A stretch of DNA of 61,240 nt, counting the filler. It is 3 parts of 3 records of this genome, joined end to end, with 100 filler letters (N's around TTAATTAATTAA, not from the genome) between each part and the next. Parts side by side here need not be neighbours in the genome. Positions count along the whole stretch, not along the records: positions 1 to 27,286 come from DRR723986_4697; positions 27,387 to 51,170 come from DRR723986_4698; 1 more part is not named here. One strand, written 5' to 3'. A model generated the notes under the pieces. That model made no database searches and had not been told where the DNA came from. It saw only the letters and a list, made by a program, of their open reading frames with translations. The translations under genes were made by a program, and so were the position numbers. Positions 20,058 through 30,364 of the stretch are shown piece after piece. Position 1 is the first letter of the stretch. Every line of letters starts with the position of its first letter.

Positions 20058-20797
20058 GCCTGACGCCGCAAGAGCTGGATCGCCACCGCCGCCATATTCT
20101 CTTGAAGGAAATTGGCGGGCCGGGCGTGCAGAAGCTGCGCGCTGCCCATGTTTCCATCATCGGGGCCGGGGCTCTCGGCGGGCCCTGTGCGCTTTACCTG
20201 GCTGCAGCCGGTGTCGGCCGGATCGAACTCTGGGACGACGACCGGGTCGAGCGGTCGAACCTCCAGCGGCAGGTTCAGTTTACGGATAAAGATGTCGGCG
20301 CCCCGAAAGCAGAGACTCTCGCGGCACGTCTTCGGGCGATGGACCCTTCCCTGAATATTGAAGTCAGAACCGAGCGCTTCGGCGACGGTGCGGCGCCGTC
20401 GGGCAAAATCCTGATCGATGCGTCCGACAATTTCCCGACGCGCTATGCGCTGAACCGGCTGGCACACGAGACCGGCCGCGCCATGGTGCATGGAGCGGCG
20501 GCGGGCTGGAACGGGCAGGTCAGCGTCTTCGCCTCGGGCCTGCAGGCGGACGCGCCCTGCTATCAGTGCTGGGTGCCGGAAACGCCGCCCGATGCAGAGG
20601 CCTGCGACGAAGTTGGCGTTGTCGGTGCGCTGACCGGCATGACAGGTGCCGCCATGGCGATGGAAGCGGTGAAGCTGATCACCGGTGCGGGCAAGCCGCT
20701 GATCGGCCGGGTCCTGTTGATCAATGGTCTCGGGGGCGAATCGCGCACCGTCATGCTGCGCCGCGACATGGCGTGTCCGGTTTGCGCCATCAGGTGA
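20054..20797 (+). CDS. moeB: MoeB/ThiF family adenylyltransferase
   Basis: RHILLKEIG..G.QKL, IIGAGALG, SNLQRQ, D.SDNF.TRY, CYQC, CPVC. Confidence 0.85.
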   Translation: MSLTPQELDRHRRHILLKEIGGPGVQKLRAAHVSIIGAGALGGPCALYLAAAGVGRIELWDDDRVERSNLQRQVQFTDKDVGAPKAETLAARLRAMDPSLNIEVRTERFGDGAAPSGKILIDASDNFPTRYALNRLAHETGRAMVHGAAAGWNGQVSVFASGLQADAPCYQCWVPETPPDAEACDEVGVVGALTGMTGAAMAMEAVKLITGAGKPLIGRVLLINGLGGESRTVMLRRDMACPVCAIR

Positions 20798-20879
20798 GTC
20801 CCGGAATTGACAGGGCAGGACCGGGGGCGCTTACTCTGCGCACCTGATTCAGAAATCAACCGGGAGGAAGGAAACGGGT

Positions 20880-21875
20880 ATGCGCCGTTTTCTGGTGGTT
20901 CTGCTCACCTTTGTTGCGATATTGGCGGCTGGCTGGTTTGCGCTCCAGCGTGCCGACATTGGCTATGACCGGCTGGAACTTGTCTATGCCAATACCGACA
21001 GCCGTATCCTTCCGCTCGAGAACGGCCTGCGCGTTCATTACCGCGATGTCGGTCCACGCGACGCGCCGGCGATTGTGTTGGTGCACGGATTTTCGTCCTC
21101 GTTGCACACATGGGAGCCCTGGGTTGCAAACCTGAGGCGCGACTATCGCGTGATCTCGCTGGACCTGCCGGGGCATGGTCTCACGAACTGCCTCGATGGC
21201 GAGCGGATCGGTACCGAACAATTCGTCGAAACGGTGGATGCGGTGACGCGCGCGCTGGGCGTCGAGACATTCACCCTTGCCGGCAATTCCATGGGCGGCG
21301 GCGTGGCCTGGGCCTATGCTTTGGCGCATCCTTCGCGGCTGGACGGGCTGGTGCTGGTCGATGCCTCCGGCTGGCCGGAAAACGCGCAGGAGGAAAAATC
21401 GGACCCGCTCGTCTTCAAGCTGCTGTCGAACCCTGTTGCGCGGCGCCTGATGAAGAATACCGACATGACCTGGCTGGTGCGTGAAGGCCTGCGCGACAGT
21501 TTCGCCAATCCGGATCTTGCGACCGACGACATGGTCAATCGCTACACCGCGCTCGCCCGCGCGCCCTGTCACCGCGATGCCCTGATGGCGCTGACCTCAG
21601 GCGGAAAAGGCCGAATCTGGGCGACGAAGGATGCGTTGGACGACATCACCACGCCGACGCTGATCCTTCATGGCGAACAGGACAATCTGATCCCGGTCGC
21701 GGCGGCCCGGAAATTTGCCGATGCCATTCTTGGCGCGAAGCTCGTCATCTATGCCGATGCTGGCCACCTGCCGCAGGAAGAGCTGCCCGAGGAGTCCGTA
21801 GCCGACCTCCGCGCCTTCCTGAATGGCCTGAATGCCCCGGAAACCGCCTCGACGGAGCCGACCGAGGACGGCTGA
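20880..21875 (+). CDS. Alpha/beta-fold hydrolase
   Basis: LVHGF, DLPGHG, GNSMGG nucleophile elbow, HGEQD, GHLPQEE. Confidence 0.9.
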   Translation: MRRFLVVLLTFVAILAAGWFALQRADIGYDRLELVYANTDSRILPLENGLRVHYRDVGPRDAPAIVLVHGFSSSLHTWEPWVANLRRDYRVISLDLPGHGLTNCLDGERIGTEQFVETVDAVTRALGVETFTLAGNSMGGGVAWAYALAHPSRLDGLVLVDASGWPENAQEEKSDPLVFKLLSNPVARRLMKNTDMTWLVREGLRDSFANPDLATDDMVNRYTALARAPCHRDALMALTSGGKGRIWATKDALDDITTPTLILHGEQDNLIPVAAARKFADAILGAKLVIYADAGHLPQEELPEESVADLRAFLNGLNAPETASTEPTEDG

Positions 21876-21935
21876 TGCGGTGGCCGGGAAACCGGCAGGG
21901 GGCTTCGCGCGTATTGAAGGATAAGGAGATTTCCC

Positions 21936-22490
21936 ATGCGCCTCACCTTGCCCGCCATCGCCGCCTTGTTCCTCGCAGCCTGTACCAGCCAGCCTGACTA
22001 TCGCGACGAAACAGCGGCGCCGCCGACCGTGAACGAGGTGGATCTCACCCGCTATGCCGGTCTCTGGTACGAGATTGCCCGCTATCCGAACTGGTTCGAG
22101 CGGGACTGTACCGGCGTCACCGCAGAATATGGCCTGAAGGAAGACGGCACCGTCTCGGTCACCAATACCTGTTTCAAGGACACGCTGGACGGCAAGAAGA
22201 AGGTGGCCGACGGCCGCGCCCGTGTCGTCGAAGGCTCCGGCAACAGCCAGCTGAAGGTGAAGTTCGCGCCGTCCTGGGTGCCGTTTGCCGAGGGCGACTA
22301 CTGGATCCTCGCGCTGGAGCCGGACTATTCCGCCTCGCTCGTCGGCAGCCCGGACGGAAAATATCTCTGGATCCTGTCGCGCACGCCGCAATTGGCACCG
22401 TCGAAGCTGGAAGCGTTGAAGCGGCGTGCCGAAGACCTCGGCTATGACACAGTGCCGCTGGAGATGACGCTCCAGGCGCAACAGGGGTGA
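21936..22490 (+). CDS. blc: Outer-membrane lipocalin (lipoprotein)
   Basis: Lipobox LAAC, DLTRYAGLWYEIAR, YWIL, YLWILSRTP. Confidence 0.9.
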   Translation: MRLTLPAIAALFLAACTSQPDYRDETAAPPTVNEVDLTRYAGLWYEIARYPNWFERDCTGVTAEYGLKEDGTVSVTNTCFKDTLDGKKKVADGRARVVEGSGNSQLKVKFAPSWVPFAEGDYWILALEPDYSASLVGSPDGKYLWILSRTPQLAPSKLEALKRRAEDLGYDTVPLEMTLQAQQG

Positions 22491-22521
22491 CGGGTCACGC
22501 CGGCTCTGATACGGCGAATTC

Positions 22522-22986
22522 ATGAGACTGCCCGCCCTTGATGACCGCAATTTCGACGCCGAGCGCCAGCACTGGATCGAGGTCCGTGTCTATTACGAAG
22601 ACACCGATTTCACCGGCATGGTCTATCACGCGAACTATCTCCGTTTCTTCGAGCGGGGGCGGTCCGACTGCCTGCGCGATGCGGGCGTGTCGCATCAGGA
22701 CCTGCTGAACCGCGAAGATCCCGCCGCTTTCACGCTGACCCGCGTGGCGGTCGACTACAAGCGCGCCGCGAAAGTGGACGACCTCCTCCAGATCCGGACG
22801 CGCTATCTTGGCCTCGACGGGCCACGCTTCCTGTTCCGGCAGGCCTGCCTTCGGGATGGGGACCTGATTGCCGAGGGCGAGATCACGGCTGTGATGATCC
22901 ATGCCGACGGCCGCCCGCGCCGTCCGGTCCGCGAGATGATGGACACGCTGGCCGCCTTCCGCTGGACGGGCGCGGAATCAGCCTAG
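22522..22986 (+). CDS. ybgC: Tol-pal-associated acyl-CoA thioesterase
   Basis: RVYYEDTD..G.VYHANYLRFFERGR; directly upstream of tolQ. Confidence 0.9.
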   Translation: MRLPALDDRNFDAERQHWIEVRVYYEDTDFTGMVYHANYLRFFERGRSDCLRDAGVSHQDLLNREDPAAFTLTRVAVDYKRAAKVDDLLQIRTRYLGLDGPRFLFRQACLRDGDLIAEGEITAVMIHADGRPRRPVREMMDTLAAFRWTGAESA

Positions 22987-23233
22987 CGCGGGGCCGGCGT
23001 TCAGGCCCGGCGAGGCGAACTGGCGATGCCGCTTTCCCGTGCAGGGTTAATAAAATCGAACAAATTCTTAACCCTTCCCACCTAGCCGGGAGGCAAGCTG
23101 CGGAATCAGGGCGCTCTGCCGTGTTTCTGCCGGAATTGTTGTTGAAACAGAGGCACAACGCGCTCGTTCTTACGGGACGCTAGCCTTATCTGCGGGCTGC
23201 CGGCCTGCCATCTTCAAGGAGCACATTCGTCCT

Positions 23234-23947
<714 letters not shown>

Positions 23948-23951
23948 TCGC

Positions 23952-24389
23952 ATGGGCATGATCCTCGGCTCTGGCGGCAAGGGAGGACGGCGCGGCCGCC
24001 GGTCCCTGAATGCCGAAATCAACGTGACGCCCTTTGTGGACGTCATGCTCGTCCTGCTGATCGTGTTCATGATCACCGCGCCCATGCTGGTGCGGGGTGA
24101 GGACATCAGCCTGCCCAAGACGAAATCCGGCCCGATCCAGACCGACCCGAACGACGCCCCGCTGGCGATCACGATCAAGGCGGACGGCGCCGTGTTCATC
24201 CAGAACACGGAAGTCCAGGTCGACACGCTGGGGCCGCAGCTGCAGGCCATCATCGGCGAGGGCTATGACAAGCCGATCTATGTGCGCGGCGATGAAGCGA
24301 CGCCTTACGGCATCATGATGGAAGTCATGTCCGAGATCCGAGCCGCCGGCTACACGCGCGTCTCGCTCGTGACGGAACAGAAGAAATAA
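23952..24389 (+). CDS. tolR: TolR
   Basis: EINVTPFVDVMLVLLIVFMITAP, VRGD. Confidence 0.95.
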   Translation: MGMILGSGGKGGRRGRRSLNAEINVTPFVDVMLVLLIVFMITAPMLVRGEDISLPKTKSGPIQTDPNDAPLAITIKADGAVFIQNTEVQVDTLGPQLQAIIGEGYDKPIYVRGDEATPYGIMMEVMSEIRAAGYTRVSLVTEQKK

Positions 24390-24405
24390 GGAGCGGCCGG
24401 CAGGA

Positions 24406-25326
24406 ATGCTTCGCGGCCTGACAGTCTCCACGATCGTGCACGCGTCCGTCCTTGCGATGGCGGTTTTGTCATGGCCGCACCAGAAGTCGGATTGCGACAA
24501 GATGATCGAGCGCCTCCAGAAGGAGGAGCCGGGCCTCGCCCCGGTCGACATCCTGATGCGTATCCCGCAATGTGCTAGCGCCATCGACGTGCCGATCGAC
24601 TTTGTCGAGATCGGCCTCGTGACAGACATCGCCCCGGTCCAGAAGGCCGAGGAGCCGCAGGAAGAAGAAGAGGCCGTCCCCGAAGAGATGGAAGAGGTGC
24701 CGGAACCTCCGCCTGAGGAGGAATCGGCCCCGGAAGAGGAAGAAGTCGTCATCCCGGACGAGGAAGCCGAACCGGAACCGGAGCCCGCGCCCGAGCCTGA
24801 AAAGAAAGAGCCACCGCCGCCCAAGAAGGAAGAGCCCAAGCTGATCGAGAAGCAGAAGCCTGAGGCCTCTGACGATCTCGACTTCCTGAACGAGTTCGAG
24901 GACATCCTGAAGGACAAGGCGCAGGACGAACGCCGCAAGCCGCGCGAGGAAGTTCCGCCGCAGATCAACAAGCCGGTCCTGCGCGATGCCCAGGAAACCC
25001 GCCCCGGGGCAGGCGAGCGTCGCGGCAATACCGCCTCGCTCCAGGCCGCGATGCGCCGCCAGATCTATGCCTGCTGGCGCGGCGTGTCTGACTTGCCGAA
25101 GGAAGACCAGATTGACGTCCAGATGCGCGTCACGCTGAACCCCGATGGCACGCTGAAAGGCAATGTTGAACTGATCAGTCCGCGGTCCCGCCCGATCGGC
25201 CGGTCCGGCATTGCCGTGGACGTGGCGTTGCGTGCGGTCCGCAAATGTGCCCCTTACCAATTGCCCGAAGACGATTATGACCTGTGGAAAGACATCAATG
25301 TCACCGTCAGCCCGACCCAGCCCTAA
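24406..25326 (+). CDS. tolA: TolA
   Basis: TM with S...H motif (STIVH), Glu/Pro-rich linker, C-terminal CW...A.RAV.KC.P domain; between tolR and tolB. Confidence 0.85.
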   Translation: MLRGLTVSTIVHASVLAMAVLSWPHQKSDCDKMIERLQKEEPGLAPVDILMRIPQCASAIDVPIDFVEIGLVTDIAPVQKAEEPQEEEEAVPEEMEEVPEPPPEEESAPEEEEVVIPDEEAEPEPEPAPEPEKKEPPPPKKEEPKLIEKQKPEASDDLDFLNEFEDILKDKAQDERRKPREEVPPQINKPVLRDAQETRPGAGERRGNTASLQAAMRRQIYACWRGVSDLPKEDQIDVQMRVTLNPDGTLKGNVELISPRSRPIGRSGIAVDVALRAVRKCAPYQLPEDDYDLWKDINVTVSPTQP

Positions 25327-25348
25327 CCCCGTTCAAAGGAGGAATCCC

Positions 25349-26710
25349 ATGACCCGCCTGCTGCTTGCCCTGGTGATGGCCTTCACCGCCGCCATCGGAC
25401 TTGCGCCGAACGCCTCGGCCGAACTCAAAGTGCTGGTGGAAGGCAGCGGCAACTTCAAGCCGACGCCGCTGGCCATTCCGGACTTTGAAGTCCGCGGCGG
25501 CACCAATGCCGACCTTGCCCGCCAGATTGCGGACGTTGTGCGCAACGACCTCGAATCGACCGGCCTGTTCGAAATGCAGAACCCGGCCTCCTTCATCCAG
25601 AAGGACCTGTCGATCGACGTGCAGCCGCGTTTCGCTGACTGGAAGATCATCAAGACCGATGGCCTTGTCGTTGGCGCCTTCGAGGAACTGCCCGACGGCA
25701 AGATCGCCGTCTCCTTCCGCCTGTGGGATGTTTATGCCGGCGATGTCATGCGCATCAACGGGCAGCCGGGCCGCCGCCTGACCACGACGCCGGACAACTG
25801 GCGCCGCATCGCCCACAAGATCGCCGATTCGATCTACACCCGCCTGACCGGCGAAGACCCGTATTTCGACACGCGGATCGTCTACATTGCCGAGACCGGC
25901 CCGAAGCTGAACCGTGTGAAGCGCCTCGCCATCATGGATTCCGACGGGGCCAACCAGCAATACCTGACGCCGGGCACGAACACGGTGCTGACGCCGCGCT
26001 TCAGCCCGTCGGCGCAGGAAATCACCTACATGTCGTATGAGGGCGGACGTCCGCGCGTCTATCTCTTCAATATCGAGACAGGCCGCCAGGAATTGCTGGG
26101 CAACTTCCCCGGCATGACCTTCGCGCCGCGCTTCTCGCGCGATGGCGAGAGCGTGCTGCTGACCCAGGCCGAACGCGGCAATTCCGATCTGTACATCATG
26201 AATTTGCAGACCCGGCAGTCGCGCCGCCTCACCGACCATCCGGCGATCGACACGTCGCCGTCGATGTCGCCGGACGGCAGGGCCATCGTCTTCACGTCGG
26301 ACCGCGGCGGCAGTCCGCAGCTCTACATCATGAATACGGACGGTTCTCCGCGCACCTGCCCGTCGGGCGGCCGGGATGTGGCCTGCCGGATCACCTTCAA
26401 CAAGGGTCAGTATTCGACCCCGGTCTGGAGCCCGCGCGGTGACCTCGTCGCCTTCACCAAGCAGCTGGGCGGCAAGTTCTATATCGGCGTGATCGGCACA
26501 GATGGCACCGGCGAGCGCCTGCTGACCGAAGCCTATCTGGACGAAGGTCCGGACTGGTCGCCGAACGGCCGCGTGATCGTGTATTTCCGCGAAAGCCGCC
26601 CCGGCGCAGGTCCGCAGCTCTGGTCGGTGGACCTTTCCGGCCGAAACGAGCGGCGCCTGCAGACCCAAACCGAGGCGTCCGACCCGGCCTGGTCGCCGCT
26701 TCTGCAGTAA
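25349..26710 (+). CDS. tolB: TolB
   Basis: Signal peptide, WRRIAHKIAD, PD40 repeats (P.FSP/P.WSP); ATG at 25349 after AGGAGG. Confidence 0.95.
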   Translation: MTRLLLALVMAFTAAIGLAPNASAELKVLVEGSGNFKPTPLAIPDFEVRGGTNADLARQIADVVRNDLESTGLFEMQNPASFIQKDLSIDVQPRFADWKIIKTDGLVVGAFEELPDGKIAVSFRLWDVYAGDVMRINGQPGRRLTTTPDNWRRIAHKIADSIYTRLTGEDPYFDTRIVYIAETGPKLNRVKRLAIMDSDGANQQYLTPGTNTVLTPRFSPSAQEITYMSYEGGRPRVYLFNIETGRQELLGNFPGMTFAPRFSRDGESVLLTQAERGNSDLYIMNLQTRQSRRLTDHPAIDTSPSMSPDGRAIVFTSDRGGSPQLYIMNTDGSPRTCPSGGRDVACRITFNKGQYSTPVWSPRGDLVAFTKQLGGKFYIGVIGTDGTGERLLTEAYLDEGPDWSPNGRVIVYFRESRPGAGPQLWSVDLSGRNERRLQTQTEASDPAWSPLLQ

Positions 26711-26733
26711 TCTGCTGATTATTCTACAGGTTT

Positions 26734-26766
26734 CGCCCCCGATTCTTCGGTCGGGGGCGTTGCTTT
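26734..26766 (+). terminator. Hairpin/terminator between tolB and pal
   Basis: CGCCCCCGA...TCGGGGGCG stem followed by TTTGCTTT. Confidence 0.6.
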
Positions 26767-26938
26767 AGGGAGACAGCACGAAATTCTTTGTGTAAAAGGC
26801 CAATCGCAGCCGCTTGCGCCCGATTGTTGCCGGATTTCGGCCCGATTGTGCAAGCATCACCCGTCGTTCGCTGGCGGCTGACAAGACAGAGGCCGCAAGG
26901 CGTCACCAAGCTCAGGACATCCAGGGGAGTCTGACTGA

Positions 26939-27286
26939 ATGAAATCCTATCTCAAAATCTCCACAGCAGCCGCTGTGCTTATCGCCCTCGGCGCCTGCGC
27001 ATCGCAACCCGAGCCGCCGCCGCCGGTCGAAGAAGCACCGCCGGTAGAACAGCCAGCACCGCCCCCGCCGCCTCCGCCGGCGCCGGTGGTCGAAGAGCCG
27101 ACTGGCCCGGCACCGGGTTCGCTGGAAGATTTCCGCGTGAACGTCGGTGAGCGCGTCTATTTTGACCTCAACGAATACCGTCTGGACCCCGACGATCAGG
27201 AAATCCTGAAGCTGCAGGCCGCCTGGCTGCAGTCCTACCCGTCGGTCCGCATCATGGTCGCCGGCAACTGCGACGAGCGCGGCACG
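26939..27286 (+). CDS. pal: Peptidoglycan-associated lipoprotein Pal (3' truncated by contig end)
   Basis: Lipobox LGAC, Pro-rich linker, VYFD...G.CDERGT OmpA-like motif. Confidence 0.92.
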
Positions 27287-27386
27287 NNNNNNNNNNNNNN
27301 NNNNNNNNNNNNNNNNNNNNNNNNNNNNNNTTAATTAATTAANNNNNNNNNNNNNNNNNNNNNNNNNNNNNNNNNNNNNNNNNNNN
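27287..27386. other. Artificial contig-joining spacer
   Basis: 44 N + TTAATTAATTAA (stops in all six frames) + 44 N. Confidence 0.98.
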
Positions 27387-27415
27387 CGTAGGTTCAAATC
27401 CTACCCCCGCAACCA
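27387..27415 (+). tRNA. 3' part of tRNA-Met (initiator fMet type): T-arm, acceptor strand, CCA
   Basis: CGTAGGTTCAAATCCTACCCCCGCAACCA matches the 3' end of alphaproteobacterial tRNA-fMet; anticodon lies beyond the contig start. Confidence 0.8.
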
Positions 27416-27430
27416 TCGTAACCTGCCTCA

Positions 27431-27464
27431 AAGGCCCGCCCCACGGCGGGCCTTCGGCGTTTCT
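27431..27464 (+). terminator. Hairpin terminator after the tRNA
   Basis: AAGGCCCGCC-CCAC-GGCGGGCCTT perfect 10-bp stem; weak T tract. Confidence 0.7.
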
Positions 27465-27949
27465 GCCACCCCGCTGCCGTTTGCCGACAAGATCGCCCCC
27501 GTTCATCGCGTGGCTCGATCACGTCCCCTTTCGTCGAATCCGCTTACGGTCAGGATCACCACCTTACTGAAATCACTCGGCAGCTCTGCGGCGGGCGGGC
27601 GCGCCTTGGAGTCTTTCAAAGATGTCGCGGGCAGCGCCTTCTTGCAGGCTTCGATCTCCGACCGGCCCGAGGCTGGGCCGCGGGTATTGAGTCCGGGGCA
27701 AGCCTTCCGCCCGCCCCGAGAGCACATTCCCGGTGACGACTTGGCGCAATCCTCTGCGCCTGCACGAACCTCGGTGGCTTCACGGAAACCCGTTTCGCCC
27801 TCAATCGGGTAAATTCAACCAGAAACGTCAAAACAAGCCGGCCCAAATCGCAAGAGAAGTCATAAGTTCGTGACCCTGCAACACCCGGGGGGCGTATCCA
27901 GCCCAATCGGGGCGGAGTGCGTTCTTTCGCACCCCGCCCCGGATCCAAT

Positions 27950-28525
27950 TCACGCCGTATCGCCCCTGCGGGACCGATCGTGAATCCGCACCAGGCTGTC
28001 GCGAAGCGGTTCGAACTTTCTCCAGGAGGTCACCTTGGCGGGGCCCGGCTGCAGCCGTTCGACGACCAGTTTCTGATCGGACTGGAAATACAGACCGTCA
28101 CCGTCGAATACGCGGATACGCAGCGGGAACCACGCGTTCGGCTTCAGGTCCGGGATCTCGAAGGAGATCGTGATATTGCGGACGAGCCTGTCGAGAAAGA
28201 TATGCCGGCGATAGAGATTGCGCGTCTCATGGGTCCAGACCGTATAGCTTTGCCCGATATCGCTGGCGTAATCCTGCACATGGTCGGGCGCGAAATAGAC
28301 GTCCCGATACCAGCCGCTGAAGTCGTTGAACTCGTAGAAGGTCAGGAACGGCTGGCCGGATGTGGCAAAGCTGCGGACGACCCCGGGCTTGACGCTATAG
28401 CAGATCGCCGTGTTCCGCGCCGTGCCGCGCGGCATGGGGGTGTCCGACGGCCTGCGGGCATCTGCGTTGCGCGGCAGGACATGCTCTTGAGCGACCTTCC
28501 AGAATGTGGACGCGAAGTGTTTCAT
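27950..28525 (-). CDS. Hypothetical protein
   Basis: ATG at 28525 with GGGAG; aromatic-rich globular composition; no recognised motif. Confidence 0.6.
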   Translation of the reverse strand: MKHFASTFWKVAQEHVLPRNADARRPSDTPMPRGTARNTAICYSVKPGVVRSFATSGQPFLTFYEFNDFSGWYRDVYFAPDHVQDYASDIGQSYTVWTHETRNLYRRHIFLDRLVRNITISFEIPDLKPNAWFPLRIRVFDGDGLYFQSDQKLVVERLQPGPAKVTSWRKFEPLRDSLVRIHDRSRRGDTA

Positions 28526-28703
28526 TTCAGTTCTCCCGGAGGCTCGATTGCTTGAACGCACTGGACGTCAGGCGTCCTCGGGAAACTTTACGGGCGTGCA
28601 GGGGCCGAGACGTCGACGGGCGTTGCCAACGGTTGCAAGACGGCGGCCTTTTTCGGCGCAGAGAGGGCGGCGATGGTGCAGACGCCGCCGGGGTCGCGGC
28701 GGC

Positions 28704-29792
28704 TCATGTCCGGAGGTCGTAGGCCGTGCGAATGCCGAGCTTGCTCTTGACCGAGTGCCACACGTCGAAACTTCTGGACCGTTTGAGCCCGATTGCGAGG
28801 CCCGCGTCGCTGACCGACTTGCCGGCTGCCACCTGAAGGTAGAGGTCGCGCTCCTGCCGGGTCAGGGCAGAGAGGTCCTTCGACGTGTCGGCAGCCTGCC
28901 CGGACACGGCACTCGTCACGGTCAACATCCACAGGGTCTCTCGCTTTCCGGCGAAGAGCGGGTCCGGACTTATCGGGTTCGCCATGATGACGACCTGCTC
29001 TTCGCCGGCGTCATGGCGCAGGAAAGGATGCTGCTCCCAACGGTCCAGTCCAATCACGCGTGCGGAGTTCGAGAAGCTCACTTTCCTGCCGGTGCCGGAG
29101 AGGCGGCAGGCCCGCGTGTCCAGCACGGCATCGAAAAGAGCGTTGCCCTCGACGAATTCGCCGTTTGCACCGACGATGCAGACCGCTGCCCCGACGCTGT
29201 CGGCCTTCTGCAACAGGGCCGACTGCGCCTGGCGCGTCTTCGAAAGACTTTGCGATGTGGTCCAAGCGTTGCGCAGAAGGTCGCAATACTCGTTCGCAAA
29301 AGCCATGGCGGTCCGCGCGTCATGTCCCGTCGGATGTTCGAGGAACAGGTTCAGGGCGGTCCAGTAGCCGGCCATGCGGTCCAGCTCGAACACGATCGTA
29401 TCGCGGAAACCGACCGTCTCCAACCAGTCGAAGAAGCGACGGTCGGGAACCGAATCCCGAGGACAGACCCGTGACATCTGGACCGGCCGATGGGGGTAAT
29501 AGCTGCGCTGGAATTCTGCCCAAGGGTCGATGGTCCGAAGGTTCGTCAGGTAGTGGACGATCTGCTCGGTGGCAAAGCCGCGCACGAGGGGCGAGTGATA
29601 TTTCTGTTCTATCTCGACGTCGTTGACGATTTGGCACGTATGCTTGTCGCGGAGGGTGATGATCGCGCCCTTGGCTCCGGTCATCTCCATGATGGCTTCG
29701 AGCACTGCCCCCCAGCCGTTCGGATCGCCAATTGCGTTCACGAGTTTCAGCGCAAACGACTTGTCTGCCATGGGCAGCGACTCGATATTCAT
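28704..29792 (-). CDS. LuxR/CsgD-type HTH regulator with N-terminal GAF/PAS-like sensor region
   Basis: C-terminal LTRQERDLY...AAGKSV...IGL...VKSKLGIRT; N-terminal W..VL..I...GA and DPW motifs. Confidence 0.75.
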   Translation of the reverse strand: MNIESLPMADKSFALKLVNAIGDPNGWGAVLEAIMEMTGAKGAIITLRDKHTCQIVNDVEIEQKYHSPLVRGFATEQIVHYLTNLRTIDPWAEFQRSYYPHRPVQMSRVCPRDSVPDRRFFDWLETVGFRDTIVFELDRMAGYWTALNLFLEHPTGHDARTAMAFANEYCDLLRNAWTTSQSLSKTRQAQSALLQKADSVGAAVCIVGANGEFVEGNALFDAVLDTRACRLSGTGRKVSFSNSARVIGLDRWEQHPFLRHDAGEEQVVIMANPISPDPLFAGKRETLWMLTVTSAVSGQAADTSKDLSALTRQERDLYLQVAAGKSVSDAGLAIGLKRSRSFDVWHSVKSKLGIRTAYDLRT

Positions 29793-30364
29793 AATATGCC
29801 TTTACAGGATAAATCCGCGTCCGTTTCCAGTCGCGCGTTTCTGTGCCTTTTCGATTTCGCCCCGCCAATCGCGAGCCAATTCACAATGCACGTCCCTGAT
29901 TTTCAGGCAAGATCGAATCTTGGCTGAATGGGACCGGACGGAGTCCGGTATTCCCGCACGCAAGCCGGCGTATGCTGCCCACGACCGGCGGTGGATCGCC
30001 ATGACCTGCGGAACGCCGGTCAGCACACCGCGGATCACCTTCAGACCCGAAGGGAGGGCAGCAATCGTGCATGGAGAGATCCGCATCGGGACCGACCGCC
30101 TGCCTGATGCCCCGTGCCAGCCCGGCGCGGAAATCGTGCGAGAGTTCCGTGCCCAAGCCTAGAAGACCCTCGCGATCACACCGAGCGGCGCAACAGCCAA
30201 CGCCGGTCGATTTCTCCCGCTTCGATGAGGTCTTCGGCTGGTCCGGAGCGGCGCCGGAGGGCGCGTTCCGGCGCCCCGTGCCGGACGACGGGACCCGGCT
30301 TTGCCGCGAAGCGAAAAAGACCGGACTCGGGTCCGGTCTACTTCGGGAAAAACTTGGTTAAGCG

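Noticed and set aside
27331-27342. TTAATTAATTAA as a biological motif (also 51215-51226)
   Set aside because: Synthetic six-frame stop linker inside N padding
27503-27948. Integrase remnant or small ORFs after the tRNA
   Set aside because: No tyrosine or serine recombinase motifs in the listed ORFs, which look like non-coding translations
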